From the NCBI RefSeq assembly GCF_964213995.1, contig NC_135826.1, positions 15,066,001-15,130,000 on the forward strand: 64,000 bases of DNA. The letters run 5' to 3'. A program made the position numbers and the translations under genes. Shown piece by piece: positions 26,177-39,655 of the stretch. The DNA comes from Mustelus asterias. Its lineage: Eukaryota. The notes below the pieces were generated by a model. That model was not told where the DNA came from and did no database searches. It saw only the letters and a list, made by a program, of their open reading frames with translations. How positions within the stretch are numbered: position 1 is the stretch's first letter; every line of letters begins with the position of its first letter.

Positions 26177-26215
26177 GATAACTGTATGGACTGAACCCTA
26201 AAACACCACACTGTG
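26177..26215 (-). other. 23-bp-spacer RSS of J1
   Basis: GATAACTGT-23 nt-CACTGTG; heptamer perfect, nonamer 5/9 to GGTTTTTGT. Confidence 0.8.
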
Positions 26216-26252
26216 TGGGTGTTCGGCCAAGGGACCAAACTCTTTGTCGCAG
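26216..26252 (+). CDS. IgL J segment, cluster 1 (WVFGQGTKLFVA)
   Basis: FGxGT motif, phase-1 GTAAGT donor. Confidence 0.95.
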
Positions 26253-27824
26253 GTAAGTGGCTGGAAATTCTCTCCTGCAGAAACTAGCTGTGTGAGTTTA
26301 GACATTTGGAAATGAATGAATAATTCAAACTCAGTTATTTCTTAGCACCTAGTTAAATGTTAATTTGACACATAGTGCTATTTCCATGCGTAGTCTCCAG
26401 CAACAGACTGACGAACCAGAAACACAGCAATAATTATTAGTGTGGTATGTCTGAATTTTGCTTCCTGACACTGTCTCTGAATAATCATGCTGCTGGACAT
26501 CAGCACTCTTTCTATTGACAAGTGCTCTGACTTTATGCATTCATTTCTGATCTTCCATATCGGTGGCTGTATTTTAAATAATAGTTGGTGCAGATAGAGT
26601 TTTGATCAGGAGGTGTTGCAGTTTCTTCAATCACTAATGGTGGGCAGTGCTGGGGAAAGTGTTAAATTGTGGTCTTCTCTCCTGGTTCAGCTGTTTTGTT
26701 GATGAACTGCAGGAACACTATTCACTGTTACGTGCGCTGTGGTGAATTAAATCTAAAGAAAGGAATTCACTGCATGCAACCCCTTTTTAAAGTCCTAAAG
26801 TGTTTGACATTGAAGTCTTTACTTCTGAAGGGTGGCAACTAAAGAGAGCAGCAAGTTAATGCACAGCAAGATCCCACACACCACAGTGTGACCAATCACC
26901 AGGTTCATGATAGGATTATTTGAAAGAATACTGGCCAGGACACTGACAACAATGTCACGGGGTCTTTTTGCATCAACCTGAACAAGCAGTCTGTTAGAAA
27001 CAAAAGCAACGCTGTCATCATATCATACTCACTCTGTACTCCCCAGAGGTGTTGGCCTAAACATGGTCTTGATTCCATATTTCTTGCACTCAGTTCCTTC
27101 CCTCAACCCATTTTCCCTTAAATATATCGATGATTAATCGGTGCCATTTCCTGATCTTGCTCGGAGCTGCAGAATTTCCACTTTCCACCGGCCACATGGT
27201 CCATTTCCAACTCTCTCCTTCCTTTCTGTAACTTCTCCATCTCTATTTCTGAGCAAAGGTTATCAAACTAATATCCAGTATAAACCCAATTACTCCCCAA
27301 CATCCCACAAGTGTAATGTAGGGCTCTGTTCCATTCTCCCAGTTTCTCTGTCTCTGTGACTCTTCTCAGACCTGCCATACCAATACTTATATTTCTTTCC
27401 TTCCCCCCCATCCTTAACCAAGAATTCTGCCACCCCCAGCAACACATCAGTTTTTAAAATATATTTTACATTTTTAACGCAATAAGATGTCAGAAGGTAA
27501 ATGACAGGAGTATTATCAAAGAAAGTGTGTTGCAGAGCATCATAAGGAGATCTTGGGGTCAATAGGTTAGTTTTAAGGAACTTCACGCTCAATGTTCCCT
27601 TCCCACCTACCCCATTTGAGAGGTTCCTGACTCTCTCCTCCTCAAACTTACCCAGGTCATGCTGGAACTCATGGGAACGGTGAACCCTCCCAGCTCTCCC
27701 CAATTGACAATTCCTGCCTGATTAGATGGGACAGGGAACATCAGTGGGTCATTGACCCATGAGTAGCCAAACCTGTCCTCATCTCCCACCCACAACCCTT
27801 TCAGTGGGGTGGGAGGGAGGCTGG

Positions 27825-28151
27825 AAACATAGAAACATAGAAACCCTACAGTGCAGAAGGAGGCCATTCGGCCCATCGAGTCTGCACCGACCACAATCCC
27901 ACCCAGGCCCTACCTCCACATATTTACCCGCTAATCCCTCTAACTACACATCTCAAGGACAATTTTTAACCTGGCCAATCAACCTAACCCGCACATCTTT
28001 GGACTGTGGGAGGAAACCGGAGCACCCGGAGGAAACCCACGCAGACACGAGGAGAATGTGCAAACTCCACACAGACAGTGACCCGAGTCGGGAATCGAAC
28101 CCGGGACCCTGGAGCTGTGAAGCAGCAGTGCTAACCACTGTGCTACCGTGC
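27825..28151 (-). mobile_element. HE1-like SINE in J-C intron 1
   Basis: Young, nearly full-length copy. Confidence 0.85.
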
Positions 28152-28616
28152 TGGAGATGGGGGAGGAGGCACTGGGGGAGTATGTTCAGCATCAGAACCC
28201 ATCCAATTAGATTTTCAGAGGCAGTGAGCACTTAGTTTTTGTTGGGAAGTGGAATCCAGTATCTGTGCTCTCCCTGATCAGGGATGCTGAGATTGAGTGA
28301 AGTGTCCCTGCTACACTGACTGAGTTCAACAACTCTACACAGACTGGGGATAGTATCTGACATCTGGAGGTTAAGATCCCCCAGTGAGTGATGCTCTAAT
28401 CCACAGAGTCAGCAGAAGAATCCTAAATAATATCTTCCACATCAAACTGAGTACTTTCTATTCCTAAACCTTTGCCAATTAGGGTAATGTCCGCTCACTC
28501 AATGAATTTCTAGAGTCCATTATAGGAAACTGAAACCTTTCACTGGAACTTCTTTTAAACTCGAAACTAAGTTGAATTTTTCTCTAACAACTTGTTTTCT
28601 CTGGTTCTGATTACAG

Positions 28617-28939
28617 CTCAGCAACTCCCTGATCCTTCAGTGAAACTGCTGGGACCTTCAGCCGATGAGTTATCCACTAAAGGAGCCGGCACGTTAGTTT
28701 GCCTGGTCAGCAAACTGTCCATGGGCTTTGCTGCGGTCAGCTGGACAGTCGATGGGAGTCCGACGAGCAGTGATGTCCAAACCAGCGTGGCGTCGCGGAA
28801 CTCAGACAACACCTTCAGTCTCAGCAGCTACCTGACAGTCCCTGGCAGAGATTGGAGCAGTGGGAAGGTATACTCCTGTTCAGTTCAACAAGGAGCAGCT
28901 TCAAAAACAACCGCAAGCGCCTCACAATCCAACTGTTAA
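28617..28939 (+). CDS. IgL constant exon, cluster 1
   Basis: TTACAG acceptor in phase with J; PSVKLLGPS, TLVCLV, VSW, FSLSSYL, YSCSV, terminal Cys then TAA. Confidence 0.95.
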
Positions 28940-29276
28940 ATAGATGGAAGTTTCATTGTGTCAGCTTCCTGAGTAATTAGAATCACTTTATCTTCCTCCA
29001 CCATTATCCACCCTCTACCCTGGTACCTGCTGCTTTTCATGTTTTCCTTTGCTTTGTCTGATTCTGCTGTATCATTTGAGTTGTTTGTATCTGAGGCTGG
29101 TTTTGTTCAATCTCTCCCATGGCAAGAAGCTACACCAGGGTTAAAGTGATCAGTTGCTTAGCTCCAATCAGGAATTTGAGTTGAAAATGTGTTGTTTGCC
29201 CAGCAGCCGTGCCAGATTTAATGCAAGTTTCTTCTCTGCAGCAGCTGGGCAATGACTGTCACTGAGTGTAATTTTC

Positions 29277-29282
29277 AATAAA
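29277..29282 (+). terminator. Polyadenylation signal, cluster 1
   Basis: AATAAA followed by GT-rich tract; paralogous signal at 47032. Confidence 0.7.
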
Positions 29283-29499
29283 GTGAATGTGTGCAGGAAA
29301 TATTGCCGTGTGTGTTCTGTCACTTTGTGCGCATCCGGATCCCTGACTGATGAGGCCAGGACCTGATTTCGGTGAGATTTGGGCAGGGAGATGACAAACC
29401 TTCCAGAGGAGAGATGACGGGGGAATTAATATTCATATTGCAAATACGGAAAAATAAATTAATGGAAACGTAGAAGTAACATTGGGTGCTCATTTTTAA

Positions 29500-29736
29500 T
29501 GATGTGGAGATGCCGGCGTTGGAGTGGGGTAAACACAGTAAGAAGTCTAACAACACCAGGTTAAAGTCCAACAAGTTTATTTGGTAGCAAAAGCCAATAG
29601 CTTTCAGAACAGCTGTTCCTCCGTCAGGTAACTCCCACCCACCTGACGAAGGAACCGCCTGTTCCAAAAGCTAGTGGCTTTTGCTACCAAATAAACCTGT
29701 TGGACTTTAACCTGGTGTTGTTAGACTTCTTACTGT
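29500..29736. mobile_element. Penelope-derived fold-back element
   Basis: Same terminus as the other copies, inverted arms, ~14-bp imperfect TSD TGCT(C/A)ATTTTTAAT, CTGACGA..AAAGCT hammerhead-like relic. Confidence 0.7.
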
Positions 29737-30229
29737 GCTAATTTTTAATCCAGGGGAACAGAGGTCAATAACAAAGTGTAATTATTGAACCCACACAGAT
29801 CATTGGCGAGCTCATAGTTACAATAGTGGCTGTGATTTTCCCGAGTATCATAATGATGAGAATACAGGAGTGATCCACGCTGGTCTGTCCGGCATGTTCC
29901 GGACCACAATCGGCACACATTCAGTCACTTTTTGCGAGGGTGGTGAGTGCCCTCCAATGGGTCCCTTCATGAATCCCCCCATGCTCCACCACTTAAAGAC
30001 CCCCGCCCCCTTCATTCTCCACCCCTGCACAATCAGCTCCACACAACCCTCCTGCATAGCCTCAAGTCAGACCCCACCCCCTCTCAGGCTCCACCTCTTG
30101 GCACTGTCCCTGGCACATTGGTACTACCAGGATGTCAGATGGGCACTGCCATGGTGCCAGGTGGGTACTACCCAGCCCTCTCCCTGACCACCCAGGGCTT
30201 CAATGGCCTCTGAGTCCCTGGTGTTTAGA

Positions 30230-33200
30230 ACTATGATGTTGTTGCTATTACAGAGACTTGGTTAAAGGAAGGACAGGATTGGCAGCTGAACGTCCCAGGA
30301 TACAGATGTTTCAGGGGGGATAGAGGGGGATGTAAAAGGGATGGGGAAATGGCACTCCTGGTGAAAGAGAATATCATAGTTGTACTGTGGGAGGACACCT
30401 CAGAGGACTCATACAGCGAGGCAATATGGGTAGAGCTCAGGAATAGGAAGGGCGTAGTCACAATGTTGGGGGTTTACGATAGGCTGCCCAACTGCCAACG
30501 GGAGATAGAGGAACAGATATGTAGGCAGATTTTGGCAAGGTATAAAAGTAACAGGGTTGTTATGGTGGGAGATTTTAACTTCCCCGATATTGACTGGGAC
30601 TCACTTAGTGCTAGGGGCGTGGATGGGGCAGAGTTTGTAAGGAGCATCCAGGAGGGCTTCTTGAAACAGTATGTAGATAGTCCAACGAGGGAAGGGGCCA
30701 AACTGGACCTGGTATTGGGGAATGAGCCCGACCAGGTGGTCGACATTTCAGTAGGGGAGCAGTTCGGGAACAGTGACCACAATTCAGTAAGCTTTAAGGT
30801 ACTGACGGATAAAGATAAGTGTAGTCCTCAAGTGAAGGTGCTAAATTGGGGGAAGGCTAATTACAACAATATTAGGCAGGAACTGAAGAATGTAGATTGG
30901 GGGCAGATGTTTGAGGGCAAATCAACATCTGGCATGTGGGCGGCTTTCAAGTGTAAGTTGATAGGGATTCAGGACCGGCACATTCCTGGAAGGATGAAGG
31001 ATAAGTATGGCAAGTTTTAGGAACCTTGGATAACGAGAGATATTGTGAGCCTAGTCAAAGAGAAAAAGGAGGCATTTGTCAAGGCTAGGAAGCTGGGAAC
31101 ACATGAAGCAAGTGTGGAATACAAGGAAAGTAGAAAGAAACTGAAGTAAGGTGGGCTAAAAGGGGTCACAAAAAATCATTGGCCAGCAGGATTAAAGAAA
31201 ATCCCAAGGCTTTTTATACATATACAAAGAGCAAGAGGGTAGCCAGGGAGAGGGTTGGCCCACTCAAGGACAGGGGATGGAATCTATTCGTGGAGCCAGA
31301 GGAAATGGGTGAGGTATTAAATGAATACTTTGCATCAGTATTCACCAAAGAGAAGGACCTGGTGGATGATGAGTCTGGGAAAGGGTGTGTAGATAGTTTG
31401 AGTCATGTTGAGATCAAAACGAAGGAGATATTTGGATTCTTGAGAAACATTAAGGTAGATAAGTCCCCAGGATCTGATGGGATATACCCCAAAATACTGA
31501 GAGAGGTGAGGGAGGAAATTGCTGGGGCCTTGAGAGAAATCTTTTGTATTCTCACTGGCTAAAGGGGAGGTCCCAGAGGATTGGCTAACAGCTAATGTTG
31601 TTCCTTTGTTTAAGAAGGGTAGCAAGAATAATCCAGGTAATTACAGGTCAGTGAGCCTAACGTCAGTGGTAGGGAAATTATTGGAGAGGATTCTTCGAGA
31701 CAGGATTTACTCCCACTTGGAAATAAGTGGACGTATTAGCGAGAGGCAACATGGTTTTGTGAAGGGGAGGTTGTGTCTCACTAACTTGAACAAAGAACAA
31801 AGAACAATACAGCACAGGAACAGGCCCTTCGGCCCTCCAAGCCCACGCCGCTCCCCGGTCCAGGATTGAATCCTGAATCCAGGATCCCCGCCCAATTTTC
31901 CAGCCTATCTACATACTAATATCCTATCCACCGAGCTGTCCCTCACAGCTACGATGCTTTGTTCATCACAACCTATTAGCTCACCCCCACCCCCCCATTC
32001 CAGACCATGTGATCTCCAGGGAGAGGCGAAAACCCAGAGTGAAAACCCCAGGGCCAATATGGGGAAAAAAAATCTGGGAAATTCCTGTCCGACCCCCTGA
32101 GGCGATCGAAACGAGTCCAGGAGATCACACTGGCCCTGATCGGAAAATGCTTCCCAATCCTATTCATTTCCACTTCCACGAACACCATATGAATTCCCTG
32201 CCCCCGAGACAGGTTCCCAACTATCCGCAGTCTCGCTCTGTACTGGCACCAGCAAGTTGATCATAGAATGAAGCCTTGAAACGAGAAACAAAGAACAATT
32301 AGCCCGCGCCGCTCCCTGGTCCAAACTAAACCACTCTTTTGTATCCCTCCATTCCCACTCCGTTCATATAGCTGTCTAGATAAGTCTTAAACGTTCCCAG
32401 TGTGTCCGCCTCCACCACCTTGCCCGGCAACACATTCCAGGCCCCCACGACCCTCTGTGTGAAATATGTCCTTCTGATATCTGTGTTAAACCTCCCCCCC
32501 TTCACCTTGAACCTATGACCCCTCGTGAACGTCACCACCGACCCGGGGAAAAGCTTCCCACCGTTCACCCTATCTATGCCTTTCATAATTTTATACACCT
32601 CTATTAAGTCTCCCCTCATCCTCCGTCTTTCCAAGGAGAACAACCCCAGTTTCCCCAATCTCTCCTCATAACCAAGCCCCTCCATACCAGGCAACATCCT
32701 GGTAAACCTCCTCTGTACTCTCTCCAAAGCCTCCACGTCCTTCTGGTAGTGTGGCGACCAGAACTGGACGCAGTATTCCAAATGTGGCCGAACCAACGTT
32801 CTATACATCTGCAACATCAGACCCCAACTTTTATACTCTATGCCCCGTCCTATAAAGGCAAGCATGCCATATGCCTTCTTCACCACCTTCTCCACCTGTG
32901 ACGTCACCTTCAAAGATCTGTGGACTTGCACACCCAGGTCCCTCTGCGTCTCTACACCCTTTATGGTTCTTCCATTTATCGTGTAGCTCCTCCCTACATT
33001 ATTCCCACCAAAATGCATCACTTCGCATTTATCAGGATTGAACTCCATCTGCCATTTCCTTGCCCAAATTTCCAGCCTATCTATATCCTTCTGTAGCCTC
33101 TGACAATGTTCCTCACTATCTGCAAGTCCTGCCAGTTTTGTGTCGTCCGCAAACTTACTGATCACCCCAGTTACTCCTTCTTCCAGATCATTTATATAAA

Positions 33201-34578
33201 TCACAAACAGCAGAGGTCCCAATACAGATCCCTGCGGTACACCACTAGTCACAGGCCTCCAGCCGGAAAAAGACCCTTCCACTACCACCCTCTTTCTTCT
33301 ATGACCAAGCCAGTTCTCCACCCATCTAGCCACCTCCCCCTTTATCCCATGAGATCCAAACTTGATGGAGTTTTTCCAGGAAGTGACAAAAATGATTGAT
33401 GAGGATAAGGCAGTGCATGTTGTCTACATGGCCTTTGACAAGGTCTCTCATGGCAGACTGGTGCAGAAGGTGAATTTGCATGGGATCAGAGGTGAGCTGG
33501 CAAAACTGTCTCGATCATAGAAGACAGAGGGTAGCAGTGAAAGGGTGCGTTTCTGAATGGAGGGCTTTGACAAGTGGCGTTCCTCAGGGCTCAGTGTTGG
33601 GACCTTTACTGTTTGTAATATATATAAATGATTTAGAAGAAAATGTAACTGGTTTGATTAGTAAGTTTGCGGATGACACAAAGGTTGGTGGATTTGCGGA
33701 TAACGATGTGGACCATCGGAGGATGCAGCAGGATATAGATTGTTTGGAGACTTGGGCGGAGAAATGGCAGATGGAGTTTAATCCAGACAAATGTGAGGTA
33801 ATTTTGGAGTGTCAAATACAGATAGGAAATATACAGTAAATGGCAGAACCTTTAAGAGTACTGACAGGCAGAGGGATCTGGTGTCCAGGTCACTGAGAGT
33901 GGCAACACAGATGGAGAAGGTGGTCAAGAAGGCATATGGCATGCTCGCCTTCATTGGCCGGGGCATTGAATTTAAAAATTGGCAATTAATGTTGTAGCTT
34001 TATAGATCCTTAGCTGGGGCGCACTTGGAATATAGTGTTCAATTCTGGTCGCCACACTACCAGAAGGATGTGGAGGCTTTGGAGAGGGTACAGAAAATAT
34101 TTACCAGGATGATGCCTGGCATGGAGGGCATTAGCTATGAGGAGAGGTTGGAGAAACTTGGTTTGTTCTCACTGGAATGACGGAGTTTGAGAGGCGACCT
34201 GATAGAAGTCTACAAGATTATGAGGGGCATGGACAGAGTGGATAGTCAGAAGCTTTTTCCCAGGGTGGAAGAGTCAATTACTCGGGGGCATAGGTTTAAA
34301 GTGCGAGGGGCATGGTTTAAAGGAGATGGATGAGGCAAGCTTTTTACACAGAGGGTGGTGGGTGCCTGGAAGTCGCTGCTGGGGGAGGCAGTGGAAGCAG
34401 AAACAATAGTGACTTTTAAGGGGCATCTTGACAAATACATGAATAGGATGGGAATATAAGGTTGTGGTCCCTGGAAAGGGAGCGGGCTTTCGTTCAGATG
34501 GGCAGCATGGTTGGTGCAGGCTTGGAGGGCTGAAGGGCCTGTTCCTGTGCTGTAATTTTCTTTGTGTTTTGTTCTTTG
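30230..34578 (+). mobile_element. CR1 LINE (family B) ORF2 EN+RT, disrupted
   Basis: EN and RT ORF fragments closely matching 19342-22655 in opposite orientation. Confidence 0.9.
31790..33358 (-). mobile_element. Young CR1 (family A) nested in family B copy
   Basis: ORF 32326-33333 nearly identical to the 16752 ORF; TSD AACTTGA (31783-31789 / 33359-33365). Confidence 0.92.
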
Positions 34579-36719
34579 CCATCGCACCAACTCTCCGCTA
34601 GTGGAGACCAGTAGTGATTCTTGTGGGCCTTGTGCCGGATAGGAAGGTTGCGGGAGGTTGGAGGATCCGGCCAGAACGGCCGTTGCATTTTTAAATGCTA
34701 ATTTAAACCTGCTAATCATCCTCGATTCAGTTGGTGCCATTATAAAGGGACCAGGACGATTGCAAACCTTTTGGCATCGTGTCCGCACGCTATTTTCCGG
34801 GATCAGCACAATCTGCGCCAGACACGGCGAGGTTGGAAATTTGCCCCCTGTGTGTCCAGTTTTGGGCACCTATTTTATGAAGGACAACTCGCTCCTGAGC
34901 AAATGGCGAAATGCAAAAGTAGATAAATTATTCACTAAAATCCAGACGGAGCTGAGGAAGAATTTCTTTTGCTGAATTTTATATTGCTCCCAATCCTCAG
35001 GCCTATTGCTTTTGCTTGCCAATTTGTATGTTCGTTTCTTGATTCTGATATTGTCTCTAATTTTCCTTGTAATTCATGGTTTGGCCACTGTTCCCTTCCC
35101 ACTCTTGCGCCAACTATACCCATGCCCCTGGTAAGAGGGGGCGAGATTGCTGCTTAGCCCCTGAAGGAAGGAGAATTGGAGACCCTACCATCACTATCCA
35201 CAGCTCCAGATTACAGCACACATGTCAAAGTCATTTGCCACAGAAACTCTGACTCAGATTTCAGGTCAGTGGTGATCTCATTGAATGATGGAGCAGACAT
35301 GATGGGCTGAATGGTCTAATTCTGCTGCTATGTCTTATGGTCCTTGGTGATGCCGGTTAGCTCTCCCGTCCCGGCTGGGGTGGATCTGGGGCCTGGCTCC
35401 TTGCCCAGAATGTGGCCCAGCAAATCTGCTCTGCCATTGAATGAGATAGAACATAGAACATTACAGCGCAGTACAGGCCCTTCAGCCCTCGATGTTGTGC
35501 CGACCAGTGAAACCAATCTAAACCCCTGAGATGACTGCTCTGAAATGATAATCCTCAACTCCTCTTTCCCACCTTATTCCCATAACCCTTGATTCCCTTA
35601 CTGATTAAAAATATGTCCATTTGAGCTTTGAACATACTTAAAGTTCCAGCTTCTACAGCCCTCTGTGGTAAAGAATTCCACAGATTCATTCCCCTCTGAG
35701 ATATCGAACTTTACTTCTGGTCATTTTCCTTTGGGATCTGTCCCTTTAAATCCAGGTGCTGTCCACAAGCAGTTTAAATGGGAATGTCTGCACTTTGGAG
35801 CAAATGGATTAATTCTGAATTCCAATTGCTGTCAGAGAGAGAATTACATAACTAATTGGATATTATATACTTTAGCCAGGAAAATCAATATTGCAAAATC
35901 TCCCAGGGAGACGGATCTCAGTGTTCTGCAGGGGAAACTGCACGGTTCACAGCTCAGACTTTTTTATTTCTGAATTTTAAGATTTAGTTGCTGCTCCAAC
36001 ATCCAGAATTGGATGAGGGGAATTTGTCCAATTAAGCGATTGCCTTCCACCCAACATTCTCGGACCACAAACTTCTTCCGTTTCCCTGGTAACGGGCTCA
36101 TGTTGACTTTACTGTTCAGAATCACAATGTCCTCTCTGACTCAGAATTGAATCACAAACTCCACATCCATCCATCAGTAAGACTGGGTACTCCTCCCTCT
36201 GCAACATCAAATGTGTCTGTTCTTGCCTCAGCTCATCTGCTGCTGGGAACCTCACCCGAGGGTTTGTTACTTTTCGACGTGACTTTTCTTCATGCTTTCC
36301 TGGGCAGGGATGAGATGCCCATACATTCTTTACACTTTCAGCCCACTGGGCTCTAACCTTCCTCGGAGGCACCAGCTTCTCGGAGCTCCCTCCCCGTTCA
36401 CGCTCAAGCTCCAGAGCGCCCAGCTCAAAGCGGGCGAGGATTGGCAGGTTGGACACTCCGGCATCATTGGCACATCTTGCAGAGTTTTCGTGGCAACATT
36501 TCTCCTGTAAGTAAGTGCAGAGCTCCATTGGGTATTCAACCCTCCACCTCCAGCACCTTACCATGCTGCCCCCTCTTCACCCCCGCAAGGCATGCGGATG
36601 TCCCATCCCATTTGTACACCTGACTCATTGATGGAGCCAGGTCTTCAGATTTCAGATTGCAACTATGGACGGGCACTCTTCCTCAGTCCCTCACACTGGA
36701 TAAAGCCCATTCAGAACTC

Positions 36720-36900
36720 ACTCATGCTAAACACAGAAGGTCATTGAATCTTTTGCTGTATCCATGTGCACCGGACCAGGTCATGCCCGCTGACCTCAGC
36801 TGCCACCTCTGCCCAGGCCTTCTTGGTTTCATGTGGTGCCCTCCTGCTTCCATCCCTCGGTGTGAGGATGTCCCTCCTCCACAGGGCACGCAGAAATCAT
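36720..36900 (-). mobile_element. PIF/Harbinger Myb/SANT ORF relic (similar relic ~59820-59920, +)
   Basis: Translates RRDILTPRDGSRRAPHETKKAWAEVAAEVS..R.TWIQ/KRFNDL. Confidence 0.55.
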
Positions 36901-38131
36901 TTGAGAGGCAGTGGGGTGGGGTATACTGCCCACCTGAAGTTCCCTCCCGCCTGCTGTCTTTCTGCTGCTGCAGCCGCCATGATCAGACTTCCCTCTGCCT
37001 CCTCCATTATCTTCAGCAGCCTCTGACAGCCGCCATTAAACTTTATGCCGGGCCGCTGGGCCAAATGCCCACTGCATGCCTACCCCTGCCAGCCCTGCTG
37101 ACCCACTCTGGACAAGTCTCACAATAGTCAGCATGCTGGTCAGTCAGTGTTTATCACTTTCCTTCATTGACCTCAGGATCACTGCGCACACACGTTAAAT
37201 TCAGGCCGTAATTATCTTCCGATCTGTTTCTAATGAAGATAAGGAGCAACGAAAGGAGGATGAGCAACATTGAGAGATACACATCACCCAACTGACAACG
37301 ATTTGCAGGTTAGGTCGATTGGCCGTGCTAAATTGCCCCTGAGTGTCCCATGATGGGGGATGAGCCATGGTAAATGTGTGGGTGGAGGAGAGAGCCTGGC
37401 TAAGATACTCTGTCAGAGATTCAGTGCAGACTTGATGGGCTAAATGGCCTCCTTCTGCACTGTAAGGATTCTAACTGACAGAGCAGGAGTCCAAGTGAAG
37501 AGCGGGAACTGTACGGTTTGTATTGTCTGCTCTCACAACACATATTCCCCGTACTGCAAACAACAATAACAACAACTTCCATTTATATAGCACCTTTAAC
37601 TTAATGAAACATCCCATGATACTTCACAGGAGCATTATAAAACAAAATGGGGGAAATTCCCCCGTCCGACCAGCCACAGGAATTGTAGCGGACTGGGGTG
37701 GGGGGGGTGGTTGTGGAGGCGGTGGCGGAGGGGGGGACCCCACAAATGTCCATTAACTACGGGCAGGATTTTCCGGTTTGGAGTGAGAGCGGCCGGAGAA
37801 TCCCACCCAATATGTCACTGAGCCACAGAAGGAGATATTGGGTCAGGTGACTAAAAGCTTGGTCAAAGCACTAAGTTTTAAGGAATGTCTTAAAAGAGGA
37901 AAAATTGTGGCAGGGAACTCCAGCATTTGGGTCCTGGGCAGCTGAAGCCTTGGACACCAATGGTGGAGCAATTATTACTGGGAATGGACAAGAGGCCAGA
38001 GTGTGTGAGGAGAAATACTATTCACATGGGTATAGTGTCCTTCCATAGGGTGATCAGCAAGAAGGTGCCACTACAGTCATATGTTTTATGGTCAATTATG
38101 TTGTCGGGTAGCTCTTGGTACCTTTTGTCCA

Positions 38132-38310
38132 TGATGTGGAGATGCCAGCGTTGGACTGGGGTGGGCACAGTAAGAAGTCTCAGGACACCAGGTTAAAGTC
38201 CTCACACTTTAGGTGACTCACACACCTGAAGAAGGAGCGACACTCCAAAAGCTTGTGCTTCCAAATAAACCTGTTGGACTTTAACCTGGTGTTGTGAGAC
38301 TTCTTACTGT
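38132..38310. mobile_element. Penelope-derived fold-back element
   Basis: Family terminus; 11-bp TSD CCTTTTGTCCA. Confidence 0.7.
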
Positions 38311-39344
38311 TCCTTTTGTCCACCTAGTGGGAACATCAACTTCTCTGTTTTCCAACACCCTGGCCGGGATTTGCCAGCCACGCTCACCCCAAAACCAGAA
38401 AATTCCACCTGAGGTCAAAGGACCGTAACTTGGTCCGTGCTCCCCCCCCCTCCCCCCCTCCCACCCACCCCGCCCCTGCTACAATTCCCATGGTGGAGGA
38501 GACAGGAAAATTCCCCCCTCTTGTTAACTTGAGACAACAAATAAAATAGTTGAATGCGTTGTTTATAGAATGATCCTTTTTATATTAATAAATAATGAAG
38601 CTTAACAATAACTCAGCAGAACAGTAATAACAGTAATAGCTATGAAAACAGGAGCACTAGTAAAACAGGTTTCTCTTGCAGAACACTCGCTTGCTGCCCT
38701 CCAAAACCCGCACATGCTCAGAACCCTCAACAGATGCCAGTAAAACAATTCCATAGGAGGAAAGTCTTATAAGAACACTCTGTACTCAAAATGACGTTCT
38801 GTAACACACTCAAACTGATGTCTCTCCACAGGGTGCAGCATAAGTTAACAAGTTGTATGTTTAGTTAACTCCAGGATTATATGTCCATTATGGGACGTGA
38901 ATAATATTTCTATCATTTGGGAAAATGAATATTGCTGTCTGACCATTCCTGAAGTCCAATCTCTGGACAACTCTGGACTGTGGAAAGGAACGGAGCTGTC
39001 ACTGGAGAGTCAAATTCTCCCACTCGTCCAGATAGCTTTCCAGGTCAAAGCCGTGATAGGTAGATGGTATTTCTTTCCTGGACTCACAACGTGCTTTAAG
39101 CTATCCCAGTACATGAGGAATACAATCGAAAAAGAAGTTGTTTCAGCAGAGAGTAGCACTGGCAGCTCACCAATATTTCTGTGTTGTTCAACCACCTGGA
39201 TTCAGCTGGTTAAACTCCAGCAGTACATCTGAAATCCTGAAGGTTTGTCTATTGCCACTGGCACCTAACTTAGGTGGATATGGGTAAGTGAGGTGTTCCT
39301 GCAGGGAGAATGTGAGGACCCCATAATCAGGTGACTCTTAAGTT

Positions 39345-39655
39345 GGGGCGGTACGGTGGCACAGTGGTTAGCACTGCTGCCTCACAGCGCCAGGGACCTG
39401 GGTTCAATTCCTGGCTTGGGTCACTGTCAGTGTGGAGTTTGCACATTCTCTTTGTGTCTGCGTGGGCTTTCTCTGGGTGCTCAGGTTTCCTCCCACAGTC
39501 CAAAGATGCGCAGGTTAGGCCATGCTAAATTGTCCTTTAATGTCAGGGGAACTAGCTAGGGTAAATGCATTGGGTTATGGGGATAGAGTCTGAGTGGGAT
39601 TGTAGTCGGTGTGGACTCAATGGGCTGAATGGCCTCCTTCTGCACGATGGGATTC
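39345..39655 (+). mobile_element. HE1-like SINE
   Basis: TSD TAAGTT; empty site at paralog ~15781. Confidence 0.82.

Noticed and set aside
25834-26215. Germline-joined VJ or D segments
   Set aside because: V and J are separate with a 12/23 RSS pair; no RSS-flanked D seen
26170-26215. Lambda5-like unique region-J-C protein from the pre-J acceptor
   Set aside because: Stop codons in all three frames before J
9191-38310. Repeated palindromic units resembling CRISPR or att sites
   Set aside because: Dispersed Penelope termini with TSDs in a vertebrate genome; no repeat-spacer array
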